From an uncultured Candidatus Rokubacteria bacterium (GTDB lineage Bacteria; Methylomirabilota; Methylomirabilia; Rokubacteriales; CSP1-6), in contig CAWBMV010000022.1 of NCBI GenBank assembly GCA_963789955.1, positions 224,001-288,000 of the forward strand: a stretch of DNA of 64,000 bases, in the 5' to 3' direction. Positions 1 to 9,523 of this stretch are shown here, piece after piece. The translations under genes and the position numbers were made by a program. A model generated the notes under the pieces. It was not told the origin of the DNA. It did no database searches and saw nothing but the letters and a program-made list of their open reading frames with translations. How positions within the stretch are numbered: the first letter of the stretch is position 1; the number at the start of each line of letters is the position of its first letter.

Positions 1-184
1 GCGCCGCGAAGCGACCCTGCACCGGATCCAGCAGCTCATGCACGAGAAGGCCATGTATGCGCCGGTCTGGGAGCTCGGCTTCATCCACGCGCACGGTCCG
101 CGTGTGGCCGAGTCGGGTCTCGGTCTCATCACCGGCTGGGCGTTCTCGGCGCCCTACGAGGACGTGAAGCTCAAGACCAAATAA
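1..184 (+). CDS. ABC transporter substrate-binding protein, family 5 (3' end only)
   Basis: Frame 2 reads RREATLHRIQQLMHEKAMYAPVWE...FSAPYEDVKLKTK*, closely matching the C-terminus of the next gene. Confidence 0.85.
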   Translation, partial: RREATLHRIQQLMHEKAMYAPVWELGFIHAHGPRVAESGLGLITGWAFSAPYEDVKLKTK

Positions 185-210
185 CAACTCAACCCAGGGA
201 GGCTTCCGTC

Positions 211-1756
211 ATGACACATGTTCGAGGCCTCTTCGCTTCGTTGCTCGTCCTCGCGATCACGACCGTCGGCGCCACACCGCGCGCCGCGGCGATTGATGCG
301 CCGGCCGGTCAGATGACCTGGGCCGTTCACATCTCGCTCGCTCCGACGTGGTTCGATCCGGCCGAGACCTCCGGGATCATCACGCCCTTCATGGTGCTCT
401 ACGCGTTGCACGACGCCGTGCTGAAGCCGTTGCCGGGCAACGCCATGACGCCGAGCCTCGCCGAGTCGTGGAGCATGACGCCCGACGGGCTCGTCTACGA
501 GTTCGTCTTGCGGAAGAGCGCGCGGTTCCACAACGGCGAGCCGGTCACCGCCGAGGACGTGAAGTTTTCGTTCGAGCGCTACCGCGGGGCCTCCGCCAAG
601 CCGCTCAAGGACAGCGTCGCCGCGGTCGAGACGCCGGATCCCGGACGGGTTCGCTTTCGCCTCAAGCGGCCGTGGCCCGACTTCATGACGTTCTACGTGG
701 GCGCGACCGGCGCCAGCTGGATCGTGCCCAAGAAGTATGTCGAGAAGGTCGGCGACGAAGGATTCAAGAAAGCGCCGATCGGCGCCGGGCCATACCGGTT
801 CGTCTCGTTCACCCCGGGTGTCGAGCTCGTCGTCGACGCGTTCGAACAGTACTGGCGCAAGACGCCGAACGTGAAGCGCCTTGTCTTGAGATCGATTCCC
901 GACGAGGCCACGCGCCTGGCGAGCTCTGAAGCGTGGCGAGGTCGACATCGCCTACGCGATCCGCGGCGCCCTCGCCGAGGAGATCAGACGCAGCGCGGGC
1001 CTGACCCTGAAGCCGAACGTCGGTCAGGCCACTTTCTGGGTCAATTTCCCCGACCAGTGGGATCCGAAATCACCGTGGCACGATCGGCGCGTGCGCCTGG
1101 CCGCCAGCTACGCCATCGACCGGCAGGCGATGAATCAGGCCGATTCCCTGGGCTTCTCTCGGATCACCTGGAGCATCGTTCCCTCGAGCTTCGAGTTCTA
1201 CTGGCAGCCGCCCGGCTATTCGTACGATCCCGCCAAGGCCAGGCAGCTCTTGGCCGAGGCCGGCTACCCGAACGGCTTCGACGCCGGCGACTACTTCTGC
1301 GACGCCGCGATCGCGTACGTCGGCGAGCCCGTCGTCAACTACCTGAACTCGGCCGGCATCCGCGTGAGACTCCGACCGATCGAGCGCGTGGCCTTTTTCA
1401 GGGGCTGGGCAGAGCGGAAGTTCAAGGGCCTCATCCAGGGCGGCAGCGGCGCCTTCGGCAATGCCGCAACGCGAATCGAAGCGTTCGTCGCCGCGGGCGG
1501 CACCTACGTCTACGGAAGCTATGCCGACATCGACGGGCTCTTCCTGGAGCAGGCGAGCGATCTCGACCCGAAGCGGCGCGAGGCCACCTTGCACCGCATC
1601 CAGCAGCTCATCCACGACAAGGCCATGATCGCGCCGATCTGGCTGAACGCCGGGCTCGGTGGTCTGGGGCCACGAGTCGAGGAGTCGGGGATCGGGCTCA
1701 TCGCCGGCTATGCGTTCTCGGCGCCGTACGAGGACGTGAAGCTCAAGAGCCGGTGA
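211..1756 (+). CDS. ABC transporter substrate-binding protein, family 5 (DppA/OppA-like); frameshift near 925
   Basis: Signal peptide, PSLAESW, FHNGEPVTAEDVKFSF and PIGAGPY motifs in ORF 211; C-terminal half continues in the ORF 1091..1756 frame. Confidence 0.88.
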
Positions 1757-1784
1757 CCGGGCGGGCGTGAGATGATTTGCCCCC

Positions 1785-1976
1785 ATGGACCGTGAGGGCC
1801 AGCGCGCCGAGTACGCCGCGTACCTCCGTGCCGCCGCCGAGCGGCGGTTCGGAGCCGCGCGCGCCCAGGAGCTCGCGCGGGCGATCGAGGACGTCGCGGG
1901 CTGGATGACCGAGCTAGCGACGTTCCCCGTCGGCGACGACGAGCAGCCGGCCTTCTACGGTGAGCCCGCCTCATGA
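1785..1976 (+). CDS. small protein coupled to amidase (possible GatC/AtzG-like accessory subunit)
   Basis: 63-aa helical ORF whose stop overlaps the amidase start (ATGA); ends FPVGDDEQPAFY. Confidence 0.55.
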   Translation: MDREGQRAEYAAYLRAAAERRFGAARAQELARAIEDVAGWMTELATFPVGDDEQPAFYGEPAS

Positions 1977-3317
1977 GCCTGCACACCCTGGACGCCATCG
2001 ACGCCGCGCGGGCGATCCGCGAGAAGGTGCTGTCGCCCGTGGACCTGGTCGAGGCCCTGCTCGAGCGCATCGAGCGGATCGACGATCGACTGCAGGCGTG
2101 GGTGCTCGTCGACCACGACGGCGCCCGGCGTGCGGCACGGCAGGCCGCCGACGAGGCCGCGCGCGGCACGTTCCGCGGTCCGCTGCACGGCGTACCCTTC
2201 GGCGCCAAGGACATCTTCTACAGCGCCGGGCTTCGCACCGAGGCCGGCTCGAAGACGATGGTCGGCTTCGTCCCCGACCACGACGCGACCTCGGTGGCGC
2301 GACTCAAGGCGGCCGGCGCGATCCTGCTCGGCAAGCTCCACACCACGGAGTTCGCGACCTCCGATCCGGCGCCCACGCGCAATCCGTGGAACGTCGCCTG
2401 CACGCCGGGCGGCTCGTCGAGCGGCTCGGCCGCCGCCGTCGCCGCGCGGATGGTGCCGCTGGCGCTCGGCACCCAGACGATCGGCTCGAATGTGCGCCCC
2501 GCGTCCTATTGCGGGCTCGTGGGTCTCAAGCCGACGTTCGGCCGTATCAGCACGCGCGGCGTGATGCCGCTGAGCTACAGCCAGGATCACGTCGGGCTCA
2601 TGGCCCGGAGCGTGGAGGACATCGCGCTCGGGCTCTCGATCACCGCCGGCCACGATCCCGAGGACGCGAGCTCGTCGCGCGCGCCGGTGCCCGACTATCT
2701 GGCGGCGCTGACGTCGCGGCGCGCGCCGCGCGTCGGCCTCCTGCGCGAATTCTTCGAGCGCGCGACGCCGGAGGTCGCCGACACCACCGGCGCAGGTGGT
2801 CAACCGGCTCGCCCGGGCCGGCGCGGACATCGATGACGCCAAGCTGCCGCCGACGTTTCGCGCCGTGGCCGCCGCCGCGTACGTGATCATGCGCAGCGAG
2901 ACCGCGAGCGTCCACGCCGAGCGCTTCGCCCTGAAGGCGGATCTCTATCGGCCGGCGATCCGGAGCTCGATCGAGATGGGCATGCTGATTCCCGGCGATC
3001 TGTACGTGCGCGCGCTGAGGATCCGGCGCCAGTTCCGCCGGGAGATGAGCCCCCTGCTGGAGCGCTACGACGTGCTGCTGACGCCGACCACGCCGACGCC
3101 TGCTCCCGAGGGCATGGCGACCGGCGATGCGAGCTTCCAGCTGCCGTGGTCGATCTCGGGATTGCCGTCGATCACGGTGCCCTGCGGCCTGACGACATCA
3201 GGCTTGCCGCTGGGCATTCAGCTCGTGAGCGGCGCGTTCACCGAAGCGCCGCTGCTCTCGGCGGCGGCGTGGTGCGAGGACGTGCTCGGTCGCGCGTCGG
3301 CGCCGCCGAGCCTCTAG
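1973..3317 (+). CDS. amidase signature family protein; frameshift near 2795
   Basis: GPLHGVPFGAKD, TPGGSSSGSAAAVA and LGTQTIGS motifs; C-terminus in ORF 2796..3317 (GLPLGIQLV). Confidence 0.9.
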
Positions 3318-4738
3318 CGGGGGCGTTCCGGCGGGCGGTTCAGGAAGCGCGTGTCGGCACGCGGCGAGGACACGCCCATCGGGATCGGCCCGGTATCCGC
3401 ATCCGACCGAGGCACCCCCAGCAGCCCATCCAGGCACTCGTCGACCTCGCGCCGGAGCTCGCGCACTCGATCCCTGATCTGCTCGCGCACACTCGCGGCG
3501 TTCTGGGCGAGCGACGTGAAGCGCGCGGTCAGCGAGTCCATCTCCATGTGATCGATCGACACGCGGTACGCGGACAGGCCCATGGCGGCCATCAGATCGT
3601 CGGTCTTCGGCTGGGAGGAAAGCACGAGCACCGGCGTGCCGGCGCGGAGCGCCATCACCAGCGCGTGGAACCGCGTCGCGATGACCAGATCGACCGCGGC
3701 GATGGTCGCGGCGAGGCTCTCAACGTCGGTGACCTGGGCGTGGAGCAGCTGCGTCGCGGGCAGGCGGATGCCCTTGGCCTCGAGCGTCGCCGTCAGATCG
3801 CGGATCACGCGAGGGTCGGCACGGAGCTGCGTGGGGAACAGGTGCACGACGTAACGATGGCGGCCAAGCCACCCGATGAACTCGGCGGTGTGGTCGAGAT
3901 ACCCGCGATAGATCGCCGGGTCGGCGTCCGGCCAGTAGAACGGCGCGTGATAGGGGAAGATATTGAGTCCGATGACGCGCGGAGGATCCGACGGCCTGCG
4001 GATGACGGCCGGCGCCGTCGCGGCCTCGAGATCGAACACGACGTCGGCGGCGACGACGCTCGGCCGCCGGACGCCGAGCTCATCGACGATCCGTCGTGAG
4101 CGCTCGTCCCGCAGCGACCGATGATCGGCCAGCGACAGGGCAGTTTTCAGGAAAGTGCGACTGAGGCTCGCCGTGATCGAGCCCGCACCGACGCACAGGA
4201 AGCCCACCCTCGCGCCCGCCAGCTTGGCGGCCAGAACCCAGATCAGGAGACGGTAGGGGAAGTTCCACGGGCCGGAGAACTGGTCGCTGATCTGCCCGCT
4301 GCCGCCGACGATCAAGAGGTCGACTCCGCTCATGGCCGCGCGACACGCGAGCGGGAAGATCACCTCGTCGGCGGCCGCGCCGAACCAGACCAGCAAGTCG
4401 AGTGGCCCGCGGACGATCGACGCGAACGGCCGCAGGGCGTTTCGCAGCCAGATCGACAGGCGTGAGCGCTGAGGGGCCGAGGCCTCGGCGGGGCGTGGCT
4501 TCCGGTTGCGGCCCCAGGCCGCCAGCGCCGTCACGCCGTGCCGAGTCCTCGTGTCGTCCGGGTTGACGGACAGAGCGATGATCTTCGAATTGGGTCGGCG
4601 CCGCCTGACTTGCTTGATGATCGCGGTCAGTGTGGCTTCATCGCCGATATTGGAGTTACCGTAGTTGCCGAGCACCGCGACCGCACCATTCGTCGCTTGA
4701 TCGGAGTGTCGCGAGAGGTTACGAAGTAGTGGAATCAT
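3314..4738 (-). CDS. polysaccharide pyruvyl transferase family protein (WcaK/CsaB-like)
   Basis: GNYGNSNIGDEA, IVGGSGQ, SLRDERS and ATRFHALV motifs. Confidence 0.85.
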   Translation of the reverse strand: MIPLLRNLSRHSDQATNGAVAVLGNYGNSNIGDEATLTAIIKQVRRRRPNSKIIALSVNPDDTRTRHGVTALAAWGRNRKPRPAEASAPQRSRLSIWLRNALRPFASIVRGPLDLLVWFGAAADEVIFPLACRAAMSGVDLLIVGGSGQISDQFSGPWNFPYRLLIWVLAAKLAGARVGFLCVGAGSITASLSRTFLKTALSLADHRSLRDERSRRIVDELGVRRPSVVAADVVFDLEAATAPAVIRRPSDPPRVIGLNIFPYHAPFYWPDADPAIYRGYLDHTAEFIGWLGRHRYVVHLFPTQLRADPRVIRDLTATLEAKGIRLPATQLLHAQVTDVESLAATIAAVDLVIATRFHALVMALRAGTPVLVLSSQPKTDDLMAAMGLSAYRVSIDHMEMDSLTARFTSLAQNAASVREQIRDRVRELRREVDECLDGLLGVPRSDADTGPIPMGVSSPRADTRFLNRPPERPR

Positions 4739-4866
4739 GACGAGGCCACCACTATCGATGCTATGACGCAGGTCCGCCCGTGGACGAAGGAAAAATGAAC
4801 GATTCCGGAAGCTTGGGATACGAGGCGGTGAGGATCTTTCCGGATACCGCAGAAGAGGAGGACGAC

Positions 4867-5112
4867 ATGAGCGAGTCTCTCGGGCAGGCGGTCGAGTTAC
4901 TGGCGGCGGGCGAGTGGAAGAAGGCGCACGAGATCGTCCAGAAGGAGAAGTCGACCCTCGCGGCGTGGATTCACGGCATCGTGCACATCCTCGAGGGTGA
5001 TCTCGACAACGCGCGCGGCTGGTACAAGCGTGCCGAGCGAGAATTCCCGGGCGCGAACGCGGCGCCGACCGAAATCGCCGAGGCCCGCCGGGCTGTCGCG
5101 AGCGGTGTATAG
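4867..5112 (+). CDS. small conserved hypothetical protein (helical, TPR-like)
   Basis: GAGGAG RBS then ATG; WKKAHEIVQ...AAWIHGIVHILEGDLDNARGWY. Confidence 0.7.
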   Translation: MSESLGQAVELLAAGEWKKAHEIVQKEKSTLAAWIHGIVHILEGDLDNARGWYKRAEREFPGANAAPTEIAEARRAVASGV

Positions 5113-5149
5113 TCTGGGCGTTTCACGAGCCGAATCTTCGGAATCATAG

Positions 5150-5201
5150 GCGCGCCTCGGCGGGCGGGGCCCCAGCCCCGCGACCGCCTGCAGCGCGCAC
5201 T
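5150..5201 (+). repeat. 52-bp structured dispersed repeat, copy A
   Basis: 47/52 identical to 44964..45015; nested hairpin GCGCGC..GGCGG..GCGGGGC-CCCA-GCCCCGC..CCGCC..GCGCGC directly before the RBS of the 5215 gene. Confidence 0.8.
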
Positions 5202-5214
5202 GCGGAGGTGGACC

Positions 5215-6225
5215 ATGACGGGTAAAGGGAACATTCTGGTCGGCACCGTCGGTCAGGGCGTCATGATGAGCGCCGACGACGGGGAGAGCTGGACGCGCGC
5301 CGGCGTGCGCCAGGGCATGCACTCCGATTGCATCGTGCGCATGCTGCGCGCGGATGCTCGGAGTCCCGAGGTCGTGTATGCCGGAACGGACTTCGGGCTC
5401 TACCGGAGCGACGACGGCGGCGCGACGTGGCGGCTGCTCGAGAACCCGATGAAGGGTTCGGTCGTCTGGAGCATGGGCATCGACCCGGTCGACCCGTCCG
5501 TGATGTTCGCCGGCACCGGCACGCCGAGCACGCCCGGCATCTTCCGATCGACCGACGGCGGCAAGAGCTGGGGCAAGCTGCGCGTGGACATCGCGGACGA
5601 GTGCCCGAACGTGGGCGTGCCGCGACCGACCGGCATCGCGGTCGACCCGACCAACGACCGGAACGTGTGGGTCGGGCTCGAGGTGGACGGCGTGCGCTAC
5701 AGCACCGACGGCGGCGAGACGTGGAGCAAGCTGAACGGCCAGATCCGAAACCAGGACGTTCACAACGTGCTCGTGGTCGAGGGCCCGCCGAAGACCGTGT
5801 TCACCGTGGTCAACGACGACATCTGGCGCAGCACCGACGACGGCAAGAGCTGGCAGGCCGCCCGCGCCCGCGAAATCTTCCCCTGGCACTATCCGCGCGG
5901 CATCGCCGTGAAGCCGGGTGATCCGCGCACCGTCTTCCTGACCCTCGGCGACTCCACGCCCGGCCGCATCGGCACGGTGGTCCGCTCGCGCGACGCCGGC
6001 GTGACGTGGGAGACGCTGAAATTCCCGGTGCCGCCGAACTCGGCGGTCTGGACGGTGACGATCTCGGAGGCGGCGCCCGACACGATGTTCGCGGCGAGCC
6101 GCTACGGCTATCTCTATCGCAGCGACGACGGCGGCGACTCCTGGCGCAAGCTCTGGCGGGAGTTCGGCGAGGTTTCTTCGATCCAGTGGGTTCCACGATC
6201 CTCAGCAAGGAGCGAGAGCGCATGA
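5215..6225 (+). CDS. BNR/Asp-box repeat beta-propeller protein (YCF48/sialidase-like)
   Basis: Repeated S-x-D-x-G-x-[TS]-W Asp boxes (SADDGESW, SDDGGATW, STDGGKSW, STDGGETW and others). Confidence 0.85.
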   Translation: MTGKGNILVGTVGQGVMMSADDGESWTRAGVRQGMHSDCIVRMLRADARSPEVVYAGTDFGLYRSDDGGATWRLLENPMKGSVVWSMGIDPVDPSVMFAGTGTPSTPGIFRSTDGGKSWGKLRVDIADECPNVGVPRPTGIAVDPTNDRNVWVGLEVDGVRYSTDGGETWSKLNGQIRNQDVHNVLVVEGPPKTVFTVVNDDIWRSTDDGKSWQAARAREIFPWHYPRGIAVKPGDPRTVFLTLGDSTPGRIGTVVRSRDAGVTWETLKFPVPPNSAVWTVTISEAAPDTMFAASRYGYLYRSDDGGDSWRKLWREFGEVSSIQWVPRSSARSESA

Positions 6226-7184
6226 AAGCGATCCGCGTCTCGGCGTACGGCGGCCCGTCGGTCCTCAAGATCGAGGAGATTCCCGCGCCCCAACCCGGCG
6301 CCACCCAGGTGCTGGTTCGCAATCACGCGGTCGGCGTGAATCCGGTCGATACCTATTTGCGCTCGAACACCGACAACCGCGGGCCGAAGCTTCCGTACAC
6401 GCCCGGCTCGGACTCGGCCGGCGTGGTCGAGGCCGTCGGCGATTCGGTGACCCGCGTGAAGAAGGGCGATCGCGTCTACGTGGGCGGCTCGATCTCGGGC
6501 GCGTACGCCGAGATGACGCTCTGCGAGCAGACGCAGGTCCACGAGCTGCCGGGGAACGTCAACTACGCCCAGGGCTCGGCGATGAACGTTCCGTACGCGA
6601 CCGCGTTTCATGCGTTGTTCCACCGAGCGCACGGCGAAGCCGGCGAATCGGTCCTGGTGCACGGGGCCAGCGGCGGCGTCGGCATCGCCTGCGTCCAGCT
6701 CGCGCGGGCGCGCGGCCTGACCGTGATCGGCACCGCGGGCACCGAGAAGGGGCGACGCATGGTGGCGGAGCAGGGCGCGCACCACGTCCTCGACCACAAC
6801 GCTCCGGGCTACCTCGACGAGGTCGTGAAGCTCACGGGCGGGCAGGGCGTCGACATCATCCTCGAGATGCTCGCGAACGTGAATCTCCAGAAAGACTTCG
6901 GCGCGCTCGCCATGCGCGGGCGCATCGCGGTGATCGGTAACCGCGGCTCCGTCGAGTTCAACGCGCGCCTGGCCATGAACAAGAACGCGGCGATCCTGGG
7001 CGTGGCGCTCTTCCACGCGTCACCGGTTCAGCTCGCCGGCATCCACGCAGCGCTCGTCGAAGGGCTGCGCAACGGCACCTTGCGGCCGATCATCCACCAG
7101 GAGCTGCCGCTGGCGCAGGCGCCGCGCGCGCACGAGGCGGTCATGGAGAACGGCCACCACGGCAAGATCGTGCTGGTGCCCTAG
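6222..7184 (+). CDS. NADPH:quinone reductase (zeta-crystallin/MDR family)
   Basis: MKAIRV..YGGP, GVNPVD, VLVHGASGGVG, GKIVL. Confidence 0.9.
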   Translation: MKAIRVSAYGGPSVLKIEEIPAPQPGATQVLVRNHAVGVNPVDTYLRSNTDNRGPKLPYTPGSDSAGVVEAVGDSVTRVKKGDRVYVGGSISGAYAEMTLCEQTQVHELPGNVNYAQGSAMNVPYATAFHALFHRAHGEAGESVLVHGASGGVGIACVQLARARGLTVIGTAGTEKGRRMVAEQGAHHVLDHNAPGYLDEVVKLTGGQGVDIILEMLANVNLQKDFGALAMRGRIAVIGNRGSVEFNARLAMNKNAAILGVALFHASPVQLAGIHAALVEGLRNGTLRPIIHQELPLAQAPRAHEAVMENGHHGKIVLVP

Positions 7185-7243
7185 CGGCCGGCCGGGAAGG
7201 GCGACGGCGCACCTCGATCACGCGAAACAGCTTCAGAAGACGG

Positions 7244-7646
7244 TCAAGTAGCGCGGTCGCCGATCACCGCGACCGCCTGGATCTCGATCTCCATGCCCGG
7301 GCCGCGCGAAGTTCGTCACGGTGATCAGCGCGCTGCCCGGGTAGTGTCCGTCGGGGAACTTCTGCCGGCGGAGCTCGACGAAGCGGTCGCCGTGGCGCGG
7401 CTCCTTGATGAACACCGTCATCGTGACGAGGTTCGCGAGCGAGCCGCCCGCGCGCCGCAGGGTCTGATCGATCAGTGCGAACACGCGGTGCGTCTGCGCC
7501 TCGAAATCGCCTGAGATGTCCTTGCCGTCGCCGTCCACCGTCGCGGTCTGCCCGGCCAGCCAGACGATGCGCCCGCCCTCGGTGATGACGGCCGGCGAAT
7601 ACGCCCGGCTCTTCTGCGCGTCGGTCCCCTCGAGATATTGCGCCAT
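7244..7646 (-). CDS. RidA/YjgF family protein; frameshift near 7300
   Basis: YSPAVI, WLAGQT, FEAQT; C-terminal MEIEIQAVAVI lies in a shifted frame. Confidence 0.85.
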
Positions 7647-7734
7647 GGCCGCTCCTTCCTGTGCGCGTCTGACTAGCGCCTATGAATATTTGATAGACTC
7701 GCGAGCGTCAATCCCGCGCACGAAGGAGTCTCAC

Positions 7735-8529
7735 ATGGACCTCGGCTTGAAGGGTCAGGCGGCGCTGGTCACCGGCGGCAGCAAGGGCATCGGCAAGGCG
7801 GTCGCGCGCGGTCTCGCCCAGGAAGGGGTTCGGGTCGCCATTTGCGCCAGGGACAAGGCGTCGCTCGACGAGGCCGCCCAGGAGCTCACCAAGGCGACGG
7901 GCGCCGAGGTGTTCCAGGTGGCCGGTGATCTGACGCGGCCCGACGACGTGCAGCGCATCGTCGACGCGACGGCGTCGCGCTTCGGCCGGATCGACGTGCT
8001 CGTCAACAACGCCGGCGCGGCGCCCGGCGGCGAGATCCTCGACCTGACCGAAGAGGACTGGCAGAAGGCGCTCCAGCTCAAGTTCATGGGCTACGTCCGG
8101 TGCATCAAGGCGGTGATCCCGCACATGCAGCGCCAGGGCGGCGGCCGCATCGTGAACATCGTCGGCAACGACGGCGTGAAGCCGATCGGGATCGAGCTCT
8201 CGCCGAGCGCGGCCAACGCCGCGGACCTGGCCATGACGGTCGCGCTGGCCGAGCAATACGGCCGGCAGAACATCCTGGTGAACGCGATCAACCCGGGGCC
8301 GGTGGCGACCGAGCGGTGGGGGCAGCTCATCAGCGGCATCGCGCGCATGCGAAAGATCAGTGTCGAGGAGGCGCAGGGTCGCGCCGAGCGCAGCATCCCG
8401 CTGGGCCGGATCTGCACGCCCGAGGAAGTCGCCAACGTCGCGGTCTTCGTCGCCTCACCGCGCGCCAGCTTCATGAACGGGGCGATCATCACGCTCGACG
8501 GCGGCCAGCGGAAGGCACTGCTCGACTGA
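7735..8529 (+). CDS. short-chain dehydrogenase/reductase
   Basis: MDLGLKGQAALVTGGSKGIG, LVNNAG, NAINPGPV. Confidence 0.9.
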   Translation: MDLGLKGQAALVTGGSKGIGKAVARGLAQEGVRVAICARDKASLDEAAQELTKATGAEVFQVAGDLTRPDDVQRIVDATASRFGRIDVLVNNAGAAPGGEILDLTEEDWQKALQLKFMGYVRCIKAVIPHMQRQGGGRIVNIVGNDGVKPIGIELSPSAANAADLAMTVALAEQYGRQNILVNAINPGPVATERWGQLISGIARMRKISVEEAQGRAERSIPLGRICTPEEVANVAVFVASPRASFMNGAIITLDGGQRKALLD

Positions 8530-8533
8530 CGGC

Positions 8534-9523
8534 GTGATCGTCGACGTCCACGCGCACTACATCTCGCCGGGCGCCTTCGACACGGTTCGGCGCCGCCCGG
8601 ACACCTACGGCGTTCGCCTGTTGCCGGGCGAGGGGGTGCGCCTGCAGATCGGCGACGAGCCGCCGACCCGGCCGCTGCTCCCGGCTCTCTACACGCTCGA
8701 CCTGCACGCGAAGTTTTTCGCCGCGCAGGGCATCGACACCGCCGTGTTCGGTCCGCTGATGGACGTCGCGGGCTACTCGCTGCCGCCGGGACAGGGCGCG
8801 GCGTGGAGCCGGCTGCAGAACGAAGCGCTCGCCGCCGCCCTGCGCGAGGCGCCGGGCGCGCATCAGGGCCTGGCGACGGTCCCGCTGCAAGAGCCGGCGA
8901 CGGCCGCCGCGGAGCTCTCCTTCGCCGTGCGCGAGCTCGGCCTGCGCGGCGCGATGGTCGATCCCAACGCGCTCGGCCGGCCGGTCGGCGATGCCGCCTT
9001 CGATCCCTTCTGGAAGGCGGCCGCGGATCTCGCGGCGCCGGTCATCTTGCATCCATTCCTGCTCGAAGCGGTCGAGCGGTTCGGGCGCCACTACCTGCAC
9101 AATCTGGTCGGCTATCCGTTCGAGACGACCCTGGCCGCGGCGAGCCTGATTCTGGGCGGCACGCTCGACCGATTTCCCGAGCTCTCCGTGGTCCTCGTTC
9201 ACGGCGGCGGGTTTCTGCCGTATCACATCGGCCGCTTCGACCGCGCGCACGAGACGCGGCCCGAGGCGCGCGTGGACAACGCCGGCCTTCCCAGTCGCTA
9301 TCTCCGGCGCTTCCGCTACGACACGCTCGTCCAGCGGCCCGAGGCCTTGCGGTATCTCGTCCAGCTGGTCGGCCACGATCGCGTGATGCTCGGCAGCGAC
9401 CATCCGTTCTGGATGGGTGACCCCGATCCGCTGAAGGTCGTCCGCGAGGCCGGCCTCGATCCGGCGACCGAGACCGCGATCTTCGGCGGGAACGCGGCGC
9501 AGATCTTTCACCTGCGCCCATGA
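8534..9523 (+). CDS. amidohydrolase family 2 protein (ACMSD-like decarboxylase)
   Basis: IVDVHAH, ILHP, VHGGGFLPY, MLGSDHPF. Confidence 0.88.
   Translation: MIVDVHAHYISPGAFDTVRRRPDTYGVRLLPGEGVRLQIGDEPPTRPLLPALYTLDLHAKFFAAQGIDTAVFGPLMDVAGYSLPPGQGAAWSRLQNEALAAALREAPGAHQGLATVPLQEPATAAAELSFAVRELGLRGAMVDPNALGRPVGDAAFDPFWKAAADLAAPVILHPFLLEAVERFGRHYLHNLVGYPFETTLAAASLILGGTLDRFPELSVVLVHGGGFLPYHIGRFDRAHETRPEARVDNAGLPSRYLRRFRYDTLVQRPEALRYLVQLVGHDRVMLGSDHPFWMGDPDPLKVVREAGLDPATETAIFGGNAAQIFHLRP

Noticed and set aside
3314..4738. Polysaccharide biosynthesis locus
   Set aside because: Only one orphan pyruvyl transferase; no glycosyltransferase, flippase or polymerase genes nearby
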